Assembly: GCA_017609465.1 (NCBI GenBank)
Contig: JAFCDX010000001.1
Coordinates: 26,459-90,458, forward strand
Source of the DNA: Candidatus Woesearchaeota archaeon
GTDB taxonomy: Archaea; Nanobdellota; Nanobdellia; SCGC-AAA011-G17; JAFCDX01
DNA length: 64,000 nt
Direction: 5' to 3'
In this document: positions 1 through 8,393 of the stretch, in pieces
Layout of the letters: every line of letters starts with the position of its first letter
How positions within the stretch are numbered: the stretch's first letter is position 1
Translations under genes and position numbers: made by a program
Notes under the pieces: model-generated
The model's input: the letters and a program-made list of their open reading frames with translations, nothing else
Told to the model about the DNA's origin: nothing
Database searches by the model: none

Positions 1-764
1 GCTTTACAGCTTAAATCAAGACATTCATATTCTCCATTTTCATTCTTTCCACAAGTTGTCTGCTCATTAACATAATCACAATTTTCTGCAACGTCTTCTG
101 GATTTCCTGCTGAATCAAACCAATAAACATCATCACTTCCAGGAAGACATCCTTTTTTATGTTGAGGAACAACATCACATATCAAGTTTTGGTCTGAACA
201 ATATCTGTTTTTAAAGAATCCAGTACCACTCAAGTCAGTTCCTGTTTTTAATTCACAATTTGCTCTTGTTGTATATGTGCAAGTATCAGAACTTGTTACA
301 CAACACCCTTTGTCAGAACTTCTTGCCAAAGTAACACATTCTGCCTCATCCTTAATGTTTTCCTTGAACACCATCTCCAAATCAGGATAATTGGAAGTTT
401 CCTTTTTACATCTTGTTTGAGTAACCAATGAAGCTTCATTACCAATTATACAACATCCAACCTGGCATTGAGGCAATTCTTCAGGTGAACCTTCTCCAAA
501 TGAGGTTTGCTCCTGTTCTGCGCATGTTGCCAAAGGCATATTCTCATAACATCTTCCATCTTCAAGACTGAAACAAGTTCCCGGCTTACAAAAAGATGTA
601 AATGCACAGTTAGTCGGAGCGCTCTTTCCTTCTGATGAACATTCAGAGCTGTCAACATACTGGCAAGTATTTCCATCAATAGTTCTCTCACAACATACAG
701 GCTCTGCATTAACAAAATTAATTAAAAATAATAATGCAATTCCAATTAATAATAATCTTTTCAT
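1..764 (-). CDS. Partial Cys-rich secreted protein, paralog of 1564..4878 (runs off the left edge)
   Basis: Not in ORF track. ATG at 764 overlaps the upstream TGA (ATGA). Reads MKRLLLIGIALLFLINFVNAEPVCCERT...FCKPGTC...GCCIIG...DKGCCV...NRYCS...YWFDSAGN, the same Cys pattern as the N-terminus of the 1104-aa protein. Confidence 0.9.
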   Translation of the reverse strand, partial: MKRLLLIGIALLFLINFVNAEPVCCERTIDGNTCQYVDSSECSSEGKSAPTNCAFTSFCKPGTCFSLEDGRCYENMPLATCAEQEQTSFGEGSPEELPQCQVGCCIIGNEASLVTQTRCKKETSNYPDLEMVFKENIKDEAECVTLARSSDKGCCVTSSDTCTYTTRANCELKTGTDLSGTGFFKNRYCSDQNLICDVVPQHKKGCLPGSDDVYWFDSAGNPEDVAENCDYVNEQTTCGKNENGEYECLDLSCK

Positions 765-1525
765 CCAGTTTCACCTTCTATTGCAAATTGAAAAATATAA
801 TCTGAGTTTCTTTCATTTAATACATATATTTTATCAGGATATTCCTTTTGATCAACAAATATTTCAACTTCTCCTCTGTTAGCAATCATATAAGGTACAC
901 TTAAAAAAACACCATTGTTTGCTTCTTCATTAACTATATCATAAGTTGTATCTAATAATTTTCCCAAAGGATGGTCAATCAATTCAGAGAAATCCTTTAA
1001 TTCTACTCTTTTATCCCCTCTTTTCAAAGCAACAGGATAACTTACTTCCACAAAAACACCATTTTCTCTTATATCAACACTAGATTCAAATTCAGCATCT
1101 TCAATATCAGGAAAGAAATTTAATAATTGTTCTGACATACTTTCAACATCAACACATGAAGGAACTTCTGAATTCAAGTAATCTTCAATTTCTTTTTCAA
1201 CTTCATTCTCAAAAACCATGTTATTCAAACATTCAGGAGCATTTGGAATATTATAACATAAATAATTTACCCTATAACCATTATGCATTCTATAATTTTC
1301 AGGATTTATAGTTCCACCCTGCTTCCCAATTAACTCAGAAACCTCTTCTAATTTCTCCTGAGTGCATGCTTTTGCCTCTCTTTCAATAACATCTATTTTA
1401 TTACCCAAGTAACTTTGAGGATCAATTCCTATCCCAGCCTGTCTTAAAGCGAATATAAGTATTACAACAATCACTATCACCAATCCAATTATCATAAAAG
1501 TAGTTACTTGTCCTCTTTTTTTCAT
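761..1525 (-). CDS. Class III signal peptide (type IV pilin-like) protein
   Basis: N-terminus MKKRG|QVTTFMIIGLV followed by hydrophobic helix; paralog of 4871..5644 and 44952..45686. Confidence 0.75.
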   Translation of the reverse strand: MKKRGQVTTFMIIGLVIVIVVILIFALRQAGIGIDPQSYLGNKIDVIEREAKACTQEKLEEVSELIGKQGGTINPENYRMHNGYRVNYLCYNIPNAPECLNNMVFENEVEKEIEDYLNSEVPSCVDVESMSEQLLNFFPDIEDAEFESSVDIRENGVFVEVSYPVALKRGDKRVELKDFSELIDHPLGKLLDTTYDIVNEEANNGVFLSVPYMIANRGEVEIFVDQKEYPDKIYVLNERNSDYIFQFAIEGETG

Positions 1526-1560
1526 ACATTATCTTAAGAAAGTTAATTTATAAAATTTTT
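1475..1560. repeat. 86-bp direct repeat copy 1 (promoter plus first codons of pilin-like gene)
   Basis: Matches 5594..5679 with 3 mismatches by manual alignment. Confidence 0.95.
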
Positions 1561-1563
1561 GTT

Positions 1564-4500
1564 TTATACATGAACAACATGCAAAGGCATATCATTTCCA
1601 AAGGAATCTCTGCATTGGATGTAATAATTTGACAAGCCCCAATCAGCATAAAATTCATTGTCCACTTTGCTCATTTCTGTTCCTTCTGAGTCAAAACTGA
1701 AATCAGAATCAGAGTATTTGCAGGTAACCTCATTTAAATCCTTTATAATTATTTTTAATTTATTAAAAGAACTGTCATATAACACTTTCTCTAATACTGG
1801 CGCTGTATTATCAATGCTTCCATAAACGCTTATTGAACCTGTAGCTATATTTCCTGCAACATCAACACATCTCACATAATAAGTGTTAATCCCTTCATTA
1901 ACAATTAAATCAGGTTGTGAATGCAACGCACTATGAGAATTGAAAAACTCATCCTGCATACAGCCTTCTGTATCGCATATACTGCTGTAAGAGCATACTG
2001 CATTTCCTGTTTCTGCACCACCAGATGTTTTTGCTTCAAGAGTAATTTCATTTGTGAAACAATTCAATTTTCCTTCTGAATCTGTTCTGCATCTGTCTGA
2101 CAATACATTTACAGAATCCAAATTAAGAGGCTGTGTTTTTGTAATTGTATATTGAACAGGACTATTAACATTTCCTGAATTATCCTTGCATGAAACATAA
2201 AATATATTTGCTCCATCCTGAATTCCTGGAAGAACCCCTTCACATTTTTGCATTTCCAAGTTTGATGAAGGGGTAGCACAAACAAACCTGTTTGTCATTT
2301 GTTCATAAATTATATTTTCATTGCTCCATTTACAACCAGCATCAGCATTTCTTTCATCCACCAATTCATTTACATACAATCCTACATTAACCTCTTCATT
2401 AAAGCTTGCAACATACCAGTTGTTTTTTGGGTCAAATTTCTCTATTATCGGTGGCGTCAAGTCTGGTGCTTCATTTATTGTGAACTTTATTACATAATCT
2501 ACAATGCTTTCCATTCCACTTATTGCATTCTCGCATTTTACATGATATCTATGTGTTTTTCCATCTTCCAAATTATATAATGTTATATTATGTTTATAAC
2601 CTGATCTTCCATTACTAAAACTATTGGAATATACTGGATTTTGAACATCAAACTCATCTCCTTCTTCATAATAACATCTTGATAATAATGGATCACCATA
2701 TTCATTTACTGTTGCAATACCAAAACTAACTTTAGTGTATTCTTTTATTGTTCCTAATATTTCATAGCCTTGAACTCCATTGGATTTTATTCCGCATGTT
2801 CCTGAATAGCATTCAACATCCAATGCACCATTATCTGGTTTTATTAATGGAGGTATTTGGTCTTCTTCTGAAGCTGGAATACATACTGGTCCTTGTGAAG
2901 AATCTCTTATGTATTGGCAACCTGTTCCCAATGAATTACAAGTATATTCATTACACTCATAACCTTCAATTATTTCCCCATTCTTGTCAGGAAGTAATCC
3001 CCCTTCAGATATAGAAGTGTGGCACATTTCACAGTTTTCAGAGCCTGTTGGAGGTCTCCATTTTTGACATGAAGTTGAAACAGTTGTTATGTCATGTTCT
3101 GTTAAAATTTCTAAAATTATATTTACTACAATATAAATTGTTACTGCTATTGCTATTGCAGACAATACAACTCCAAAAGTACTCATCGCACCAAGTCCTG
3201 TTGGACCAAATGCTGTACTCATGCCTTCAATAAAACCAGGACCAAAATTAGGTATTAATGCACCCACAAAATTTTCAACAAAAACTACAGCAGGAGCATT
3301 AGCCGCAGTCCACCACGCAAGACTTTGTATTATCCCATAACCATATAAAGTTGTTAAAGTAACACCTAATGTTCCTAAAGCAAAAGTAAAATCAGCATCA
3401 TTGATTAATTGATCCATCCACTCTGGTTTTTCAAAATATTCTATATAACCCCCAACACCAGAATATTTAAAATCATCACAATTTCCTGTAAGACCCTCAT
3501 AAATATATCTAAGACATTTTTCACCATGGGTTTTTCCACAATTTCTTCTAAAACCCTTATATGAGAAATCACAAGCTACATTATAATCAGCACCACAATC
3601 TCCCATTGCTTTGCACAAAGAATTTGTGTTAATTAAAAACCCACTACTTAATGCTTCTTCGTTTTCAACTATTTCCCAATCTTCTCCAGGCTCTTTTTCC
3701 CAAGCAACTTGCGTAACTACTTCTGCTGCCATACATTCACCCACATCATCATCAGAATAACCAGGAGGATTTAATGGAATGCATCTGTCTGCAATCCAAC
3801 CACAATCTCCCAAGTCAGGATTTTCACATTCTTCTTTATTATAAAAATAACAATTATCATACCTATTATCTTTGCAATAACTAGTTCCCATAACGGTTCC
3901 TGTTTCAGGGTCTGTAACATCAGTATACATGCAAACTTGTTCCCTATAATCATCACAAGGATATGCAATCTCTTCCCCTAAAACACATTCGTGTCTATAG
4001 TGAATAGAACCAGGAAGATCTTTTCCAGGACCTGTAGCACTTTGATAAGAACACCATGATTCACCATGCAGTCTTTCACTTCTCATATCATCCATAAAAG
4101 GATTTTGCCAAATATCACTACAAGTTATATCTCTACAAACATATTCTTCTTCATCACCATTTCCATTTTGATCATTAATATCTGTAGCACACAATTCCCT
4201 GAACTCTTCACATTCTTGTGCCATCTCTTCCTGATTTCCGCATGAATCATACCAATATAAATTATCTTCATCAACTAATCCGCATGCCTTATAAGAATGT
4301 TTTTCACAATCAGAATCATCCAACTGAGAACAATATCTATTATTATTAAAATCTCCCTGTATATTATCACATTGTTCTCTTGTAGTATAAGTAAATGAAC
4401 CATCCCTAACACAACAACCTTTGTCTGCTTTAACGCATTCATAAGTGCAGGTATTTTTATTATTTATATTTGATTTAAAGTTATCAGAACCCATATCAGT

Positions 4501-4878
4501 ACATTGTGCTTCTGTAGATAAAACACAATTAGTGCCTAAAACACAACATCCTTGAGAACATTCTTGAACTTGTGAAAGAGGCCTGTCAAACCATTGTCCT
4601 CCTTCTCCTTCGCATGTTGCTTTAGGAACATTAGAAGAGCATTCATTATCAAGATAACAAGTTCCTAATTTACAAAAAGTGGTATCTGAACAAGACAAAA
4701 CATTTGGAGTAAAAACACTCGTAGAACAAGGATTGTTTGAAGTAGGAGCTTGGCAATATTCATCTCCCACCTGTTCACAACAGCCAACAGCACTTACAGG
4801 TTCTGCACTCAATAAATAAACAGTAAAACTAGTCAAAATTATCAATGTTATTTGGAATATTGCCTTAAATTTATTCAT
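1564..4878 (-). CDS. Large Cys-rich secreted/membrane protein with central hydrophobic Gly/Ala segment and C-terminal Ig-like repeats
   Basis: 1104 aa; signal peptide; dense Cys N-half; hydrophobic block near residues 497-590; repeated YxxxCxDxxGN motifs. Confidence 0.8.
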   Translation of the reverse strand: MNKFKAIFQITLIILTSFTVYLLSAEPVSAVGCCEQVGDEYCQAPTSNNPCSTSVFTPNVLSCSDTTFCKLGTCYLDNECSSNVPKATCEGEGGQWFDRPLSQVQECSQGCCVLGTNCVLSTEAQCTDMGSDNFKSNINNKNTCTYECVKADKGCCVRDGSFTYTTREQCDNIQGDFNNNRYCSQLDDSDCEKHSYKACGLVDEDNLYWYDSCGNQEEMAQECEEFRELCATDINDQNGNGDEEEYVCRDITCSDIWQNPFMDDMRSERLHGESWCSYQSATGPGKDLPGSIHYRHECVLGEEIAYPCDDYREQVCMYTDVTDPETGTVMGTSYCKDNRYDNCYFYNKEECENPDLGDCGWIADRCIPLNPPGYSDDDVGECMAAEVVTQVAWEKEPGEDWEIVENEEALSSGFLINTNSLCKAMGDCGADYNVACDFSYKGFRRNCGKTHGEKCLRYIYEGLTGNCDDFKYSGVGGYIEYFEKPEWMDQLINDADFTFALGTLGVTLTTLYGYGIIQSLAWWTAANAPAVVFVENFVGALIPNFGPGFIEGMSTAFGPTGLGAMSTFGVVLSAIAIAVTIYIVVNIILEILTEHDITTVSTSCQKWRPPTGSENCEMCHTSISEGGLLPDKNGEIIEGYECNEYTCNSLGTGCQYIRDSSQGPVCIPASEEDQIPPLIKPDNGALDVECYSGTCGIKSNGVQGYEILGTIKEYTKVSFGIATVNEYGDPLLSRCYYEEGDEFDVQNPVYSNSFSNGRSGYKHNITLYNLEDGKTHRYHVKCENAISGMESIVDYVIKFTINEAPDLTPPIIEKFDPKNNWYVASFNEEVNVGLYVNELVDERNADAGCKWSNENIIYEQMTNRFVCATPSSNLEMQKCEGVLPGIQDGANIFYVSCKDNSGNVNSPVQYTITKTQPLNLDSVNVLSDRCRTDSEGKLNCFTNEITLEAKTSGGAETGNAVCSYSSICDTEGCMQDEFFNSHSALHSQPDLIVNEGINTYYVRCVDVAGNIATGSISVYGSIDNTAPVLEKVLYDSSFNKLKIIIKDLNEVTCKYSDSDFSFDSEGTEMSKVDNEFYADWGLSNYYIQCRDSFGNDMPLHVVHV

Positions 4879-5644
4879 GCTCTCTCACACCTTTTATTGC
4901 AAATTGAAATTCATAATTCGAATCTTTTTGTTTTACCTTGTATATTGTATCCGGATAAACCTTGTAAACATAAATAACATATTCGTTTCCATTAGTCAAT
5001 GTATAACCTACAGGGTCAAAAACACCCAAGTTAGATTCAGATTCCAAAATATCCTTAACAGCATCCTGTATCAAACCAAGGGGAATATCAAGTTTTGAAT
5101 CAAAATTCTCTACACTTAATCTTACACCTTTCCTTTCTAATGTCAAAGGATAAGTTACATTAAATAAAACATTTTCATCATTAATATTTATATCAAAATC
5201 AAATTCACCTACATTAATATCATATGCGTTATCATCTCTAAAGGAATTTACGTCAATGCATGACTGCAATCTTTCAAACAAGTATCCATAAAGTTCATCT
5301 TCCAGTTGTTTTTCAGTAAGCATATGATTCTCGCACATTTCAGATTCAGGAATTTGGAAACATAAATAAGAAATCTTGTTATCTTTGAATAATATATAAT
5401 CAACAGGATCAAAATTTCCTCCTTGTTTTCCCAATAATATTAAAGCAGGTCTTGTTTCCTCTTCAACGCATTGTTTTATATGCCTATCAATGGATTCAAT
5501 TTTATTATTAAGAATGTTTCTTGTAGCCTGCTCCCCCAATATAGATTCATAGATAGAATTCTTGAAAAAGAATAAAACTATGATAGCAATTATTATCACC
5601 AATCCAATTATCATAAAAGTAGTTACTTGCCCTCTTTTTTCCAT
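4871..5644 (-). CDS. Class III signal peptide (type IV pilin-like) protein
   Basis: MEKRG|QVTTFMIIGLV; shares LxGKQGG, YLC, YxFQFAI motifs with 761..1525. Confidence 0.75.
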   Translation of the reverse strand: MEKRGQVTTFMIIGLVIIIAIIVLFFFKNSIYESILGEQATRNILNNKIESIDRHIKQCVEEETRPALILLGKQGGNFDPVDYILFKDNKISYLCFQIPESEMCENHMLTEKQLEDELYGYLFERLQSCIDVNSFRDDNAYDINVGEFDFDININDENVLFNVTYPLTLERKGVRLSVENFDSKLDIPLGLIQDAVKDILESESNLGVFDPVGYTLTNGNEYVIYVYKVYPDTIYKVKQKDSNYEFQFAIKGVREHE

Positions 5645-5679
5645 ATATTATCTTAAGAAAGTTAATTTATAAAATTTTT
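5594..5679. repeat. 86-bp direct repeat copy 2
   Basis: Matches 1475..1560 with 3 mismatches. Confidence 0.95.
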
Positions 5680-6416
5680 TATTCATTGGAAACTCTTGGA
5701 GCTAATAAAAAAGATAAATTCATCTTGTCTTTTATTAAATATTCCACTTTTAATGGATAATCTTTGTCAAAAGACAATAAAACACTGTCAGTCAATCTAG
5801 AACCTTTCATCATTTTTTTCAAATACTCTATGGAATATTTTGACTGCGCTTCACCAGTATTTGTTATAACATTTACATCATTTCCTGGTTCTAATTCAAC
5901 ATTTGCCATGCTGAAATTCCCCTCTGTTGTAAGCATGAATTTATTGTCCTTTAAAGCAATATTAACAGAATCAGAAACAATTCCCATGTCCTCTATAGCT
6001 TCATTGAAAAGAATGTTGTTTACTTCAAGTCTTATGGGGAAATTCAAATCAGGAACCTTTTGCTCATTATCCTGTATGCTTATCAATGAAAGATTGAAGT
6101 TTCTTGTTGTTTCCCCTTTAATTGTTACTTTTAGTTTATTATCTTCTGTTTCCAAAATTAAAGTATCGCTTGGCTTTGCCCTTTTTAATATATTTTTTAA
6201 ATTTTCAAGATTTACTGCAATTTCATCATCATCAGATTCATATTCAGAAAAAACAGTGTTTAACAAATTAAAAACAACCATTGCTACATTCGCAGGATCC
6301 ATTGCAACTAGTTCTATCTTGTCCTTTTTTACCTTTAACTTAACTTCGCTAACTAATTCAGATATTATTGAAATAGGCTCTTTCAAATATCTTGGCTCGT
6401 TTAATACTAATTTCAT
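5679..6416 (-). CDS. pcn: DNA sliding clamp PCNA
   Basis: AMDPANVAMV, YSIEYLKK, DYPL, LAPR motifs; 245 aa. Confidence 0.97.
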   Translation of the reverse strand: MKLVLNEPRYLKEPISIISELVSEVKLKVKKDKIELVAMDPANVAMVVFNLLNTVFSEYESDDDEIAVNLENLKNILKRAKPSDTLILETEDNKLKVTIKGETTRNFNLSLISIQDNEQKVPDLNFPIRLEVNNILFNEAIEDMGIVSDSVNIALKDNKFMLTTEGNFSMANVELEPGNDVNVITNTGEAQSKYSIEYLKKMMKGSRLTDSVLLSFDKDYPLKVEYLIKDKMNLSFLLAPRVSNE

Positions 6417-6483
6417 TTTCCTCTAACTTAAGATTTCTAAAATAAACTAGTATAAATATATTGTGATGATTTAAAATATATTA

Positions 6484-6915
6484 TCATGAACCCCCAAGAT
6501 ATGAAGGTACCATAGGACTTATATAAGGCCATACATAAGGTGCTATAACAACTAATGTAGATATTATTATTGTATGGGTCCAATGCTCTGCCATTCCTCT
6601 CGCAGCTAAACCCCCACCCCTTATTGCAGAAGAAGTCGCATGCATTTTAATATTTAATATGATACCAATAGCAATCCTTACTGCCAAAGGACTTCCTATC
6701 AATGGAATCCCTGAATCAATCAAGCCAGTTATATTAAGAAAATATTCTGTGTTCATTGTAGCAAACAATGCGATTATCATTACACCCACTGCATGAAGAC
6801 CGTGTCCAAACCAATGGCTCCCCCTGAAATTCAAATCTCCATGTATAAGAATCAATTCATACAAACCTAATACCACCCCCATCACAAAAACTGGAATTAA
6901 TATCAATTCAGCCAT
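6484..6915 (-). CDS. Hypothetical His-containing membrane protein
   Basis: 143 aa, about 4 hydrophobic segments, HWFGHGLH and EHWTH motifs. Confidence 0.7.
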   Translation of the reverse strand: MAELILIPVFVMGVVLGLYELILIHGDLNFRGSHWFGHGLHAVGVMIIALFATMNTEYFLNITGLIDSGIPLIGSPLAVRIAIGIILNIKMHATSSAIRGGGLAARGMAEHWTHTIIISTLVVIAPYVWPYISPMVPSYLGGS

Positions 6916-6949
6916 ATATAAATTAAATAAATTTTATATTTAAATGTTT

Positions 6950-7258
6950 CTAATAATCTCTCCATCTGTAAGAGCATTTAGTACATTCAAAAAATCTTGT
7001 TTCAGGCTCATCAGAGCTTCTTGTTTGTTGTAACCAATAATATGCTTCCTTATTCCCACACTTGGGACATTCTTCCTTTGTCTTTGGAAGAGACATTTTT
7101 CTTTTTTGCTTTATTTCAATGTCTTTTTTTACTTTAGCCTCTTCCTTTATAACAGCCTCTCTATCTTTAGAAACATATCCACAAGAGCACACTAGCTTTG
7201 TGGTTCTAGGGCCCTGCTCAGGTACAAGTATACTTCCACAACGCGGACAAAATTGAAT
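6950..7258 (-). CDS. tfs: Transcription factor S (TFS), probable ATT start
   Basis: C-terminal Zn ribbon CPKC...QTRSSDEP...CTKC; the frame extends upstream of the called GTG (7192) to include FCPRCG. Confidence 0.92.
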   Translation of the reverse strand: MQFCPRCGSILVPEQGPRTTKLVCSCGYVSKDREAVIKEEAKVKKDIEIKQKRKMSLPKTKEECPKCGNKEAYYWLQQTRSSDEPETRFFECTKCSYRWRDY

Positions 7259-7263
7259 TTTTC

Positions 7264-7833
7264 TTACCTCACTATTAAGTTGAATAAATCAACTGCTAAT
7301 ATCTTTACCCATCCAAACCAAGGTAATCTTATATAAGCTTTTCCATATATTTTTTCTTCAGATATATTCAACTCATCCTGTCTAGAATCTCTGTTATTAT
7401 CCCCTTTTGTCTGATATGTGCCATCTTCATTTATTTCAACAACTCTATGAATAATAGGATAAGGCAAAGAACCCTTAAACACTATTATATCACCAACTTC
7501 AATATTCCCATAACCATGCAAGGCTACAATATCCCCTTTATTAAATCCATTTTCTAATGGAAAATTGTCAAATTCCTCTTTAGTTATATCATTATCCAAA
7601 TACCATTCTTTGTTTTCTTCCCACCATTCATCAAAATCCATAGAATTATGCTCCATACTTCCAGAAACAACAGCAACTATTGGGAAGTGTGTTGCAAATA
7701 ACAACCCCAACCCCGGGTATAATAAATATTTTACTATCAGAAATGCCAATATTAAATTAACCAAAAATGAAGCAAAACTGTCTTCATGCCAAATGAAATT
7801 CCATGTTCTTTTCAATGTTTTCTTAAAACTCAT
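7264..7833 (-). CDS. sec11: Signal peptidase I (Sec11 type)
   Basis: VVSGSME, GDI, IIHRV, TKGDNN motifs. Confidence 0.95.
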   Translation of the reverse strand: MSFKKTLKRTWNFIWHEDSFASFLVNLILAFLIVKYLLYPGLGLLFATHFPIVAVVSGSMEHNSMDFDEWWEENKEWYLDNDITKEEFDNFPLENGFNKGDIVALHGYGNIEVGDIIVFKGSLPYPIIHRVVEINEDGTYQTKGDNNRDSRQDELNISEEKIYGKAYIRLPWFGWVKILAVDLFNLIVR

Positions 7834-7926
7834 TTTTGAAAATAGATATATTATGTATTAAAAGCTTTTTGTTTTACTATTTTGTATTTGATAAATCTTT
7901 ATTAATAGTTATATTAGTAATTATCC

Positions 7927-8393
7927 ATGTATTTTGAATTCAAGAATTTGGAAAGAAAAAAAGAGATAATCTCGTTGAGAAATTTTTTTATTAAAGCAAA
8001 ATTTGAATTATCCAAGATATGATGAATGGGTTCAAAGAACAGAATCTGAATTAAATGAAGGATATAAAATGTAATGATGTCATTTAGTGAAGGTATACTT
8101 GTTGGAGATCTAATATACCAGCTACATAAGGAAATTTCAAATTTATTAGAACTCAAAAATATAAGGATTCATCCTTCTATAAGAAACAGATATTTTGCAT
8201 TTTTTATGCTAAAACAAATAGAGAAAGAAAATAGCGGAGAATACATAGGTATAATAGGGGTGTAAGAAGTGACCAAAATAATATGATAAATCTTTTATTA
8301 AAGTGGGTATACTTTAACAGAAAAATTACATTTATATGATATGATCATAATCTTGATTTCATATTCTTCAAGGATTTAGAACAAAGGTCTTAA
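7927..8393 (+). pseudogene. Degraded GNAT-like acetyltransferase pseudogene with several frameshifts
   Basis: Fragments in different frames join to ...LLKQNLNYPRYDEWVQ / MSFSEGILVGDLIYQ...LELKNIRIHPSIRNRYFAFFMLKQIE / VRSDQNNMINLLLK / GYTLTEKLHLYD / DFIFFKDL. Confidence 0.6.

Noticed and set aside
446..715. 89-aa minus-strand ORF in the track
   Set aside because: Alternative frame inside the real Cys-rich gene <1..764
5764..6426. 220-aa plus-strand ORF
   Set aside because: Antisense shadow of PCNA; the same applies to the many Phe/Ser/Leu-rich antisense ORFs over ValRS, CysRS and r-protein genes
6950..7192. 80-aa TFS starting at GTG
   Set aside because: Truncates the N-terminal Zn ribbon; frame extended to 7258
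7914..8265. Short ORFs 7914..8156 (-) and 8074..8265 (+) as independent genes
   Set aside because: Better explained as antisense to, and a fragment of, the GNAT-like pseudogene
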